Shown: piece by piece, positions 22,131 to 32,000 of the stretch | Layout: each line of letters opens with the position of its first letter | Position numbering within the stretch: position 1 is the stretch's first letter | NCBI RefSeq assembly: GCF_018389705.1 | Contig: NZ_CP065581.1 | Coordinates: forward strand, 210,001-242,000 | Direction: 5' to 3' | Source: Mycoplasma mycoides subsp. capri | GTDB taxonomy: Bacteria > Bacillota_I > Bacilli_A > Mycoplasmatales > Mycoplasmataceae | DNA: 32,000 bases | Translations under genes and position numbers: made by a program | The notes under the pieces: model-generated | The model's database searches: none | Seen by the model: the letters and a program-made list of their open reading frames with translations, nothing else | What the model was told of the DNA's origin: nothing

Positions 22131-22880
22131 ATGAATAAAGTTATAGAGTTAAAAGAAATATCAGTTCAATATAATAATAAAAGCGATCTAGTTTTAAAAG
22201 ATATTAACCTAGATATTTTTCAAGGTGAACTGGTTGCTATAATTGGTCCATCTGGAGTTGGAAAAAGTACATTATTTAAAATAATTATTAATTCATTAAG
22301 ACCAGTAAAAGGTCAAGTAAAAGTCTTTGATAAAGACATTTTAAAATTTAATAAAAAACAAAAACGTCTTTTTATCTCAAAAATAGGTTTTCTAACCCAA
22401 ACTCCTAATCTTATTTATACAGATAATGTTTATAACAACATTATTAGATCAACTAGTAAATATAAAAATAATTTTTATAAGTTTTTTAGTATTTTAACTA
22501 GAAAACAAAAAATAGCAATTTTTGAAAAATTAGATGAATTAAATATTTTAGATAAAGCTTTTTTTAAAGTAAGTGAACTTTCTGGTGGTCAACAACAGCG
22601 TGTAGAAATTGCAAAACTTCTAATAAAAGATGTTGAACTAATTCTAGCTGATGAACCAACAAGTAATTTAGATAAAAAAACTAGTATTGAAGTACTAGAA
22701 GTACTTAAAAATATCTCAAAACAAAATAAAACTATTTTAGTAAACATTCACGATCTTAGTTTAGTTAAAAGATATTTTGATAGAGTAATTGCAATTAATA
22801 ATAAACAAATTGTATTTGATAAAAAAACTAAGGATATAAAACAATGGCAACTAGACAGAATTATAAAAAGCCGTTCTTAG
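22131..22880 (+). CDS. ABC transporter ATP-binding protein (PhnC-like)
   Basis: 249 codons. Walker A GPSGVGKS, signature LSGGQQQRVEIAK, Walker B LILADEPTSNLD. Confidence 0.94.
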   Translation: MNKVIELKEISVQYNNKSDLVLKDINLDIFQGELVAIIGPSGVGKSTLFKIIINSLRPVKGQVKVFDKDILKFNKKQKRLFISKIGFLTQTPNLIYTDNVYNNIIRSTSKYKNNFYKFFSILTRKQKIAIFEKLDELNILDKAFFKVSELSGGQQQRVEIAKLLIKDVELILADEPTSNLDKKTSIEVLEVLKNISKQNKTILVNIHDLSLVKRYFDRVIAINNKQIVFDKKTKDIKQWQLDRIIKSRS

Positions 22881-24592
22881 TTAAAGAATCTAATTTCTTT
22901 AAATATCGTTATATAAACAGAACTACTAATACAAAAACAAGTTGAAAATTCCACCCAATTTATTTTCATTTACTAGCTTTTTTAGTTTTAGTATTAGTTG
23001 GTTATTGTTTTTATAATCAAGCGAGTTTGATTAAAATTGATAATTTTTATCAAGTAACTAAAAAACTAATTTTACTATTTAGTTTTGAAAATAAAAACTT
23101 TTTAGATACTAGTTATATTTCAAATGAATATACTAACTTATTTTTAGATACGCTTAGTTTGTTATGAGTAACAATTAAACTAGCTTTAACTGGAACATTT
23201 ATAGGTTTTATATTAGCTGTTATTACTAGTTTTTTATCATTTAGTAAAGTTAATAATAAATTTTTATCTTATTTATTAAGTGCTGTTATTTTAATTTTAA
23301 GAAGTACGCCTGAATTGATCTTTATTACTCTGATAACTTCAACTTTTAGAAATGATTTAAGTTTATTATTAGTTTATATTTGATTTACTTGATTATGATT
23401 GCATAAATACTATATTGATATGTTAAATTCATTTGATTTACAGGCATATTATGTTTCAATAAGTCAAGGTAATTCAAAGTTTAAAGCTTTTTTTAAAGAA
23501 ATTTATCCAAGAATAAAAAATAGAGTAATTGCATTATTCATTTTTTCATTTGAATCAAACATTAGATGAGCTTCAATTCTAGCAGCTTTAAGTTTACCTG
23601 GAATAGGTAGATTAATAGTTTATGGAAGTGAAAACACTGCTCATTTTAACCAATTAGGTATTCCATTATTAGTATTAATGAGTTTTATTTTAGTTTTAGA
23701 ATTATTAAACTACTTATTTAAAAAATATTTAGTTGAGGCTAGATCTAAAGTTTATAAACAAAAAAATGAAACTAAATTTGAATACTATACAAGATTATCT
23801 AAAAAACTAAACGTTAATAAAATTATTATTAGTTTAATTTTTATTAGCCTGACTATTATAAGTATTATTACTTTTATTAATATTCCAATTTATATCTTTA
23901 ATTTAGATTATGTTAAATCATTTTTTAATAATTTGTTAAACCCAAACTTTGCTAGTTTTAATATTTTTAACAAACATATTGAAAATAACCCAATTATTTT
24001 AATTTGAAACTCATTACAGTTTACAATTGTTGCTATGTTTATTTGCATAGTAATAACAATAATAGGTATTAGATTACAATCAATAAGACTAAATAATTTA
24101 TTTGTTGTAATTATTTGTAGAAGTTTAAATGTTTTAATTAGATTAATCCCAACTATAGTTTATTTTTATGTTTTTCACCCAATATTTAGTAATGTTTTAA
24201 CACTAGTAATTATTGTTGTTAGCTTACACCAAGCTTCTAGTAAAGCTAAACAACTAGTTGAAGTAGTTGATAATTTAAATATTCAAATCATCAATAATTT
24301 AAAAATACAAGGATATAGTAATAATCAAATATTTTTAAAGTATGTCTTGCCCGCAATTAAAATTGAATTTATCTCATTGTCAATTTTTTATTTCGAACTA
24401 ATATTTAGAGCTTCAATTACTTATTATATTTTAGCTAGTGACAAATTATATATAGGTCATTTAATAACTAAGTACTTAGATACAAGAGCATTTTATCCAA
24501 GATTAGCTATGAGTTATGTATGAATTGGAACATTTGCTATACTAGTTATAAATTTAATTGCTAGATATATTAATAAAAAAATTAGAAAGTAA
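22844..24592 (+). CDS. ABC transporter permease, apparent fusion of two PhnE-like permease domains
   Basis: 582 codons with TGA=Trp; overlaps the ATPase gene 3' end. Two hydrophobic domains, with permease EAA-like loops ASILAALSLPGIGRLIVYG and later YVLPAIKIEFISLSIFYFELIFRASI. Confidence 0.85.
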
Positions 24593-24621
24593 TTAATAAA
24601 CTATATTTTTAAATAATAAGT

Positions 24622-24652
24622 TAAATTCCCTTAAAAAAGGGAATTTTTTATT
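24622..24652 (+). terminator. Terminator after the ABC operon
   Basis: aaattccctt-aaaa-aagggaattt hairpin followed by T run. Confidence 0.75.
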
Positions 24653-24790
24653 TGTTTAAGTTTAATAAATGTTAGAAAATATCAAGTTTTAAAATATTAA
24701 AAATCTAAATTATTAACTTTATAAACTATAAATAAAAACTACAAATTAAGACTAACTCAGATCTAAATTTCACCATTTTATGCTGATTGC

Positions 24791-24819
24791 TTGCATATAT
24801 ATATCATTAACTCTATAGG
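24791..24819 (+). promoter_or_regulatory. Possible promoter of the methyltransferase/GmrSD-like operon
   Basis: TTGCAT (24791-24796), 17-nt spacer containing most of an (AT)5 run (24795-24804), TATAGG at 24814. Confidence 0.3.
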
Positions 24820-24838
24820 TAATATGGAGGTTTTTGCT

Positions 24839-24886
24839 ATGCACAATAAAATAGATAATAGCAAAAATTCTCTATCAAATGACTAA
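24839..24886 (+). CDS. Possible short leader peptide MHNKIDNSKNSLSND
   Basis: ATG 8 nt after strong SD GGAGG (24826-24830). Stop TAA 24884-24886 lies just past the ATG (24879-24881) of the next gene. Confidence 0.4.
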   Translation: MHNKIDNSKNSLSND

Positions 24887-25664
24887 ATATGTAGTATGAG
24901 CTTTATATGATGATGCTGAAAGTAGTTATCAAAAAGCTATTAAAAAATACTTTGATAATGAATTTATAGTCTATTCAATTGGTATTAATGATTCTAGTAA
25001 AATAAAATTCAAAGAATCAGAAAATTATAAATATAAACAAATTGATTTATCATTACTTAACTTTAATTTAATAAACCAATTAAAGCAATTAGAAAAACCA
25101 GATATTATTCTAGCTTCTCCACCATGTGAAAGTTGAAGTGGAGCTGATTGTGGTGGTAAGATGTTTTCTAAAATAACTACTACTTCAGAAAAAGTTGAAG
25201 ATGATACTTCAATTTGAAAAGTAAGAAATAAAAAATATTATGATGAATATAATAAAACTGCTCATCCAGTTAAAAGAAGATTATTTTTACAAAAAGAAGT
25301 GGGGAGAATATTAGGAATTAGTACAATAGGAGCTACTATTCATATAATTCAAACTTTTAAACCTAAGATATGAATTATAGAAAATCCAGCAACAGGTAAG
25401 ACTTGAGATTTTCAAAAACACCATTGAAATTTTTATGAGAATTTTTATGAAAATAAAACTTATTACTCATCTTATGATATTCATTTTTCTTTAAAACCAA
25501 CTATTTTTAAAAGCAATATAAAACTTGATCTACTAACAAATAGAAATAAGGGAAACAATGATCATATGGCAAGAGGGAATTATTCAAAAAGAAGTTCAAT
25601 TCCAAGCGAATTGATCAAAGATATTATTAATCAAATCAAACTAAAACTAAACAAGAATAAATAA
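24879..25664 (+). CDS. Divergent C5-cytosine DNA methyltransferase-like protein
   Basis: 261 codons with TGA=Trp. PDIILASPPCESWSGADCGG (PPC motif IV), PKIWIIENPATGKTWDFQ (ENP/ENV-like motif VI); canonical motif I not evident. Confidence 0.7.
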
Positions 25665-25666
25665 TT

Positions 25667-26233
25667 ATGGAATTTAAAGAAATTATAAAGAATGCTATAT
25701 TTCATACAGTTGGTACTAATGCTAAATCTTATTTAAAAAGATTTAAAGATAAATATTCAAAATTTAATAGTTTTTATACTTCACCAAATAGCAAGATTAA
25801 TAACAACATTAATGTGATGAATGAAAATGACAAAATAATTGATGTTTTTACTAGTGATGCTACTTATGATCAGTTTTGTTTAGTTTTAACTGCTTTTGGT
25901 TATATTAAAAATGTAAATGGTAATTGAAAAATAATTAATAAAGAATTATCTACAAAACAAATTGCAGATAATATTTTTTCAAAAACTTTTGATAAGAATG
26001 TTTCAATATATAGACAAAGTAAAATAATCACACTTTTAGTAAATTTAAACATTATTAATGAAAATAATTATCAAGATTTCAAATTAAAAGGCAAAAGAAC
26101 TAATCAAGTTAAAATTAAAAATTTAAAAGCAGAAGTATCTCCTTGAGAAAAAGATGTCTGTTTAGATGCTGAATTAATAACATATTGTCTTAAAAAAATA
26201 GAAAATTATGAGTTTATAAAAAAGGAAAAATAA
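25667..26233 (+). CDS. Small protein of unknown function in the MTase/GmrSD-like operon
   Basis: 188 codons with TGA=Trp; starts 2 nt after the upstream stop. MEFKEIIKNAIFHTVGTNAKSYLKRFKDKYSKFNSFY...ATYDQFCLVLTAFGYIKNVNGNWKIINKELSTKQIADNIFSKTF.... No family recognised. Confidence 0.8.
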
Positions 26234-26235
26234 TT

Positions 26236-28077
26236 ATGATAAATCACTTAATTACAGTTAGTCCTAGAAGTGTTAAAGAAATGTTTTCTTATTTACAAAT
26301 AGTTGAAATACCTTTATATCAAAGACAATATTGTTGAAGCAAAGAAAATATTCATTCACTTTTAAATGACTTATTAGATAGAGATCAAGATAATCGTCAG
26401 CACTTTTTTGGAACAATTACTGAAGCAATAGCTCCAACTGATACAGATAGTCCTAATGGTTTAAAACATCGAATAATTGATGGTCAACAAAGATTAACTA
26501 CTTGTCTTTTATTAATTCATTTTTTTAATAGCAAAATAATCAGAAATAAAGAATCGAATATTTTACAACAATCAGTTTTTAAAGAAAAAGGTTTAACAAT
26601 CAAAGAATTTAATTTAGAAAAACGCTCTGATGATCAAGAAACTTGATCTATATCAGAAGATATTAAAAAAATAATTAATTATTATACAAGTAACGAGCTT
26701 GATAATAGTGAAATAAATTTTAGTGATAAAAAAATAAAAGAAAATTATGAAATTATTCAAAACTTTTTTGATTCTAAAAAATTTATTGTTGATGATTATA
26801 AAAGATTATTAGATATTTTTTTAAATAAGTTTATTTTTTCATCATTGATTTATCCAATAAATGATCCATTTGAAGAAATGACTATTTTTGAAAATTTAAA
26901 CTCTAAAGGTGTACCTTTAGATGATCTAGACTTAATTAAAAATATTATAATGTTAGCAGATCAAAATAAAAATCCAAAAGACAACTTAAGACAATTTGAT
27001 AAATACATTTGAAATTTAGTTTCAAATGGAGATTGAAAAAATAAAGATAAAGAAAAAGTAATTAGAGACTTTTTTGAAGAATTTTTAAAATGATACTTAA
27101 AAGATAATTATAAAAAATATGGATCTTATGAAATTTATAAAAATTTCAAATATTATATAAAGTCTAGTAAAGACAAAAACTGAACTTTAACTAATATTTT
27201 ACAAGAGTTAAAAAAATATCTGATTTTATATTTAACAATTACTAAACCAATAAAAGCTAATCATATTGGAAATAATTTATGAATAAGAGTAATTGATCAA
27301 AAAAGAGTTTATATAGGTTTATTATTTGCATTATTTAATAAATTTTCAAACTTTGATACTAGTAGTGAAGAATGAAAAGAAAATATAACAATTATTAATT
27401 ATATGAAAGTATTTTCAATACATATTATAAGATTAATGTCTTATCAAGGTACAGGTCAATCACTTTCAGATTTTTGTTTATGATTTGAAGAACAAATAAC
27501 TAAAGAAGAAAAAACTTATAAAGACTTATTTGAAATTTTAAAAGATAATTCTATTAAAAAACCACTAAATGCAATATCTCCTGATGATATACAAGTTAGA
27601 GAATCACTTTTAAGTGTCAAAGACACAGTTAAGTGAATTGCAAAAAGTGTTATTGATGTTGTTGAAACTACTATTTTAAATAATGCTAATGAAGAAATCA
27701 ATCATACTAAAAAAACTACACTAGAACATATAATGCCTCAAACTTTAACTGGTGAATGAATTAAATATATAGCAAGTAATGAAAACACTTCAGAACAAGA
27801 TGTTATAGATAAGCATAAAGCATATTTAAATAAAATAGGAAATTTATGCTTTATTGATTTAAGTAAAAATTCTAAAATAAGTAATTATTCATTTGAAGAT
27901 AAAAAATCTAAACTTTATCGTCTTGTTTCATCACCTTTAATTAATGGATCTGATAATTTAAAAGACTATAATATTGATTCTATTAATTCTTATAGTGTTT
28001 GAGGATTTAGTGAAATTCAAAAAAGAACCGAACAAATTGTTGATCAATTTTTAAAAATCATTAATCAAATTAATTAA
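26236..28077 (+). CDS. GmrSD-like protein: DUF262 NTPase-like N-terminus plus DUF1524 HNH-like nuclease C-terminus
   Basis: 613 codons with TGA=Trp. VEIPLYQRQYCWSKENIHSLLNDL, HRIIDGQQRLTTCLLLI, MTIFENLNSKGVPLDDLDLIKN, C-terminal TTLEHIMPQTLTGEW and LNKIGNLCFI. Confidence 0.9.
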
Positions 28078-28095
28078 TTATTTGTAAGTATGTAT

Positions 28096-28122
28096 AGCAA
28101 TAGCTAATAGCTATTGCTTTTT
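28096..28122 (+). terminator. Terminator of the MTase/GmrSD-like operon
   Basis: agcaatagct-aat-agctattgct perfect 10-bp stem followed by T run. Confidence 0.8.
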
Positions 28123-28203
28123 ATTTTATTAAGATTTCTAATTAATTTTTCTAATTATTTATAATAAAAAAAGAGGGGTTAATATACACTAGAAAGGGTT
28201 AGT

Positions 28204-29106
28204 ATGATACAAAAAAATACACCAGGAGAAGCGTTAAGAACGTTTTTTAATCCAACAGTCTTTGGTTTTGAAATTCTAGCAGTATTTTTACTAGTATTTT
28301 TAGTTTTAGTTTTTAGACTAATTGCAATATTGTTAAAAAAACAACATAATAAGTTATTTTTATCAACTAGTTTTACAATAGCTACAGCTTTAGCTTTCTT
28401 TTTACCTTATGGATTTGCTTCAATTGGAGTAAAAACTTCTATAGCTCCATTTTTAAACCCATTAATTGTCTTTTTTAAAGCAGTGTTTATTGGGTTTGGA
28501 AAATCTGGTCAAGAAAGTAATCAATTAGTAGGATCTATTTTAACTAATGGGATTTGATATATTTTATTTGCTCAATTTATTGGAGTAATTTTAAGTATTT
28601 TAGTATTTTATTTATTTTTTTATAGTATTAAAAAAGTTAATAATAAAAAAATCGAATATCAATTTTTAAATACATTAACATTAAGAGAATTTTTTAAAAG
28701 CTCATCTGATTTATCAATACTAGGTTTTAGTATTAAAGAGTTTGTGTTTATTACTTTATTAATAATAGTTTTACCATTTATATCAGCAATTGATACAGCT
28801 ATTTATAAGTTTGATCAATTTGGAATTATATTAATGGAATTGTTATTTATTTGAACTATTTTATTTATTTCTTCATTTTTTGAATTCTTTTCATTTCATT
28901 TAGCATTTCCATTTATAGATATTATTTTTAAAACAATAGATTTCATTTTATTAAAAAAAGAAAATCAAATTAGTATTAAGTCATACTTATTTGATTTATT
29001 AAAGTTTGTTTTAGTAATTATATTTTCAATAATAATACCTATAATAATTGGATTTATTAGTATAGCTATTAAGATGAAAACCGGAGTAGTTATATCAGTT
29101 GCTTAA
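28204..29106 (+). CDS. Conserved multi-pass membrane protein, function unknown
   Basis: 300 codons with TGA=Trp. Multiple hydrophobic segments, e.g. FEILAVFLLVFLVLVFRLIAILL and FVLVIIFSIIIPIIIGFISIAI. Confidence 0.8.
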
Positions 29107-29114
29107 GGAATTAT

Positions 29115-31463
29115 ATGATAAATAAAAAAAATAAAAAATCAATTTTTGCTGTACTTTGTAGTTTACCAATACTTTCAACTTCTATAGTTATTGGGTGTAA
29201 AACAACTCAAAATCAACAAGGTATTTATAAAATACTAAATTTTGAAAAAGAAAATCAAATAAACATATTATCTGAAATTAATCAATATTTTGAAAAACAC
29301 GACTTTAATGAACAACTAGTACAATTTGTTAATAAAGATTCACATAATTATATAACTTTAGATAGTTTAATGAAAAATAACTATGCAGCTAAATATGTTA
29401 AATTTGATAAAGATAAATTCAAACAAATTATTAAAAAAGAGTTTAATCTTTCTGATGCTTATTTAAATAAGTTAGAAATAGAAGTTGATTACACTAATAT
29501 TGATAGAGATTATTCAAATAATTTTGATATTGTTTTTCCTATTAGAATAAAAAGACAATTAGAAAATCATAAAAAAGCTAGTTATCAACCTGGATTATTT
29601 ACTGAACAAATAATTAAGTTTAGATTAAAAAATGTAAAAAGTTCACCTAGTGAAGCGTTTTTTGCTGAAGAGTTAAAAGATATTTTTAATAAATTAAAAG
29701 AACTTAAATATGATAACTTTACAGCTAAAATTAAAACTAATATTTCTGATGAGCTTAAAAAACAAATAGATCAATGAAATATTAATGAATTAGACTCAAC
29801 TCAACTTTCAAATATTTTTGAAATAAATACTTCTGAATTTAATCAATTAAAAACAAATAATCCTAATTTTGTTTTTAAATCAACAATTTTTGGTGTTGAT
29901 TTTAGTGATAAAAATTTAGCTTTAAATGAAGGTTATTTAAAAGTTAGATTTGCAGTTAAAGAAGGTTTTGATTCATCTAAAAAAGCTAAAAAACTAATTG
30001 AAATTAATAAAGAAATTAATGAATTAGTTACAAGAAAAAAGAAATTAGAAAAAGATAATAAAAATGATTCAAATAAAACAGAAATTGATAAACTAACTGA
30101 ACAAATTAAACAAAAAACAATAGAACTAAAAACAATTCAAAAAAAAGCTTTACCAGCTGAAGCAGGAATAACTAAATTAATAAAATTTAAATTTGATTGA
30201 AATGATCAATTTTGAAAAAACATTAAATTAAATGAAGTTATTAAAATTGATACTATTAAATATGGAATTTCTAATACTGATTTTTCATCATTAACTAAAG
30301 ATAATTTAATAGTTAAAATTCTTAATAAAGATGTTAAAAATGTTGATATTAAAAAAATAGAAAAAACTAATGATTTTAGAAACGCTAAATTAGTTTTAGA
30401 TGTTTTATTAAAAGATAATAAAAAATTAGAATTAAACAAAAAAATAGGTGTTGGAAAATATAGTTTATTATATGAAAATGACTTTATCAAAAACAATATT
30501 CAAGCTCCTTATTTTACAACTGAAAGATTAACTCAAGAAAATTTACAATCTGTAAATAAAGACTTTTTTAGACAATTTAATTCAGAATTATTTTCTGGTG
30601 GGTATGCTTCATCAAGAGGATTTTATGCTCCAAAAATTACTACACCAATATTTATGCATATTGGAGAAGATTATGTAGCTAATGATTTTCAAGCTGTATT
30701 AATGCCATATGATGGAGAGATTATAGCTGCATATGAATTAACTACTAAAATACCATTTACTGGAGTTGGAACAGTTGTTGTTGTTAAAATAAAAGTTTCT
30801 GATTTAGATTGAACTCCTAAAGAAAAAGAAATCTATTTAAATGATAATAAAGATCATATTTATATGTCATTTTTACATTTAGATGCCTCAAGAACTTTAA
30901 ATAATCAAAAATTAGGATGAAGCGCAGAAAAAGTTGTTTTAAATAACAATAGAACAATTCAAGTTGTTAAAAGTTTAACACCAGAAAAACCTCAAAAAGT
31001 AGCAAAAAATACTATTATTGGTTATTTAGGTAATAATGCATCTAATGGTGGATGAATGAGTCATGCTCATGTTAATTTATATACAAATAGACCTAGTTAT
31101 TTATCTGAAAATTACTTTTCAACTAAAGCTAATCAAGGATTGTCTGAAGATAGAATCAAACAATATCATCAAATAGTTAATGGTAAAGAAACTTGAAGAC
31201 AATTTGGAAATATTGGTTTACATCAATCACCAGAAAAATCACCATTTAATATATATGAAGTTGATCCAATTACTGGAGTAGAAAAACTAGATGAAAATAA
31301 AGAGAAAATCATAATAAAAAATGAACAAGCTTTATTTTTACCAAACTTAAGTATGAGTTTATTTGAAAAAAGATTAGGTTATGCTAATCCAAATTTAGTG
31401 TATAGATTAAGAGATAATAAAACAGTTTCATTTAGTGTAAAAGAAGTTAATAAATTAGCATAA
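29115..31463 (+). CDS. Lipoprotein with M23/LytM-like metallopeptidase motifs
   Basis: 782 codons with TGA=Trp. Lipobox SIVIGC; PIFMHIGEDYVANDFQAVLMPYDGEIIAAY...FTGVGTVVVVKI...YMSFLHLD...NTIIGYLGNNASNGGWMSHAHVNLY, with HxxxD and HxH. Confidence 0.8.
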
Positions 31464-31471
31464 AACTAAAG

Positions 31472-31495
31472 CAGATCTTATGATCTGTTTTTTTG
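31472..31495 (+). terminator. Terminator after the M23-like lipoprotein
   Basis: cagatcttatgatctg hairpin followed by T8. Confidence 0.75.
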
Positions 31496-31719
31496 TTTTA
31501 TATCAAAATAAATAGTTATAACTATAACTTATTTAAAACTTTTAATACTAATATTTAAAAAAATATTAAAAAAGGTCATTCTCAAATATTCATATTTTCA
31601 AGTATTAAAATTTAGTTAGTAATTAATTTACTAACTTTATTCCTATAATAATAAATTTTTTATTAACATACTTATTTATAAAAAAACTGAAAAAATAATT
31701 ACAGTTATCAAGGAGATTT

Positions 31720-32000
31720 ATGTTTAAGAGCAAGAAATTGATAATTCCTTTACTAACTACACTAGCTGTTGTTCCTTCACTTGTTGTAGTTTCTTGTAAA
31801 AATCCTCAATCTACTCAATCTTTAAGTGAAAAAATTTATTTAAACTATAATTTACAAACTGAAAAAGACAAACAAGAATTTGAAAACTATAACCAAATTA
31901 ATATGTTAAGTGAAATTAATCAATATTTTACTAAACATGATCATAACAATGATTTAGTTAAATTCACAACTAATGGTGCTTCTGGAGATACTGTTGAATT
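31720..32000 (+). CDS. Lipoprotein, paralogue of the preceding one (partial)
   Basis: SD aaggag. MFKSKKLIIPLLTTLAVVPSLVVVSCKNPQ lipobox; INMLSEINQYFTKHDHNNDLVKF parallels INILSEINQYFEKHDFNEQLVQF at 29115. Runs off the window. Confidence 0.85.
   Translation, partial: MFKSKKLIIPLLTTLAVVPSLVVVSCKNPQSTQSLSEKIYLNYNLQTEKDKQEFENYNQINMLSEINQYFTKHDHNNDLVKFTTNGASGDTVE

Noticed and set aside
22844-24592. Long permease considered as two separate genes
   Set aside because: Frame is continuous from 22844 to 24592 with only TGA (Trp) codons between the two permease-like halves.
27516-27701. Minus-strand ORF inside the GmrSD-like gene
   Set aside because: Antisense to the DUF1524 portion; considered as a possible small antitoxin but lacks SD and family motifs.
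30206-30496. Minus-strand ORF inside the M23-like lipoprotein gene
   Set aside because: Antisense to a continuous plus-strand reading frame.
185-31463. Many genes appear as strings of short ORFs in the supplied track
   Set aside because: Breaks coincide with in-frame TGA codons, which encode Trp in mollicutes. Joined frames give full-length proteins with intact motifs, so they are not pseudogenes (the AbiEii-like gene is the exception, with a true frame change).

Overview
AT-rich window from a mollicute, most like the Mycoplasma mycoides/capricolum group. TGA must be read as Trp (genetic code 4), so the supplied TGA-terminated ORF fragments join into full genes. Housekeeping content: deoA, a phospho-sugar mutase and deoC; a tpiA / HAD hydrolase / gpmI operon; nagB; nine minus-strand tRNAs; an alpha/beta hydrolase; RidA and a PLP aminotransferase; and a second HAD hydrolase. 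Accessory and notable content: (1) an AbiE-like two-gene toxin-antitoxin module whose second gene has a 1-nt frameshift and whose first ORF lacks a stop before it; (2) four tandem BspA-like repeat surface proteins with mosaic ends, two of them behind promoters whose -35/-10 spacers are poly-A tracts (20 A and 15 A); (3) a TPP-like riboswitch with a terminator hairpin upstream of a thiamine/p37-like ABC transporter; (4) a compact operon made of a possible leader peptide, a divergent C5-cytosine-methyltransferase-like protein, a small unknown protein and a GmrSD-like DUF262/DUF1524 nuclease, which is the best candidate for an undescribed defence system; (5) a lipoprotein carrying M23/LytM-type metal-binding motifs in a wall-less organism. 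No CRISPR array, rRNA or transposase was recognised.
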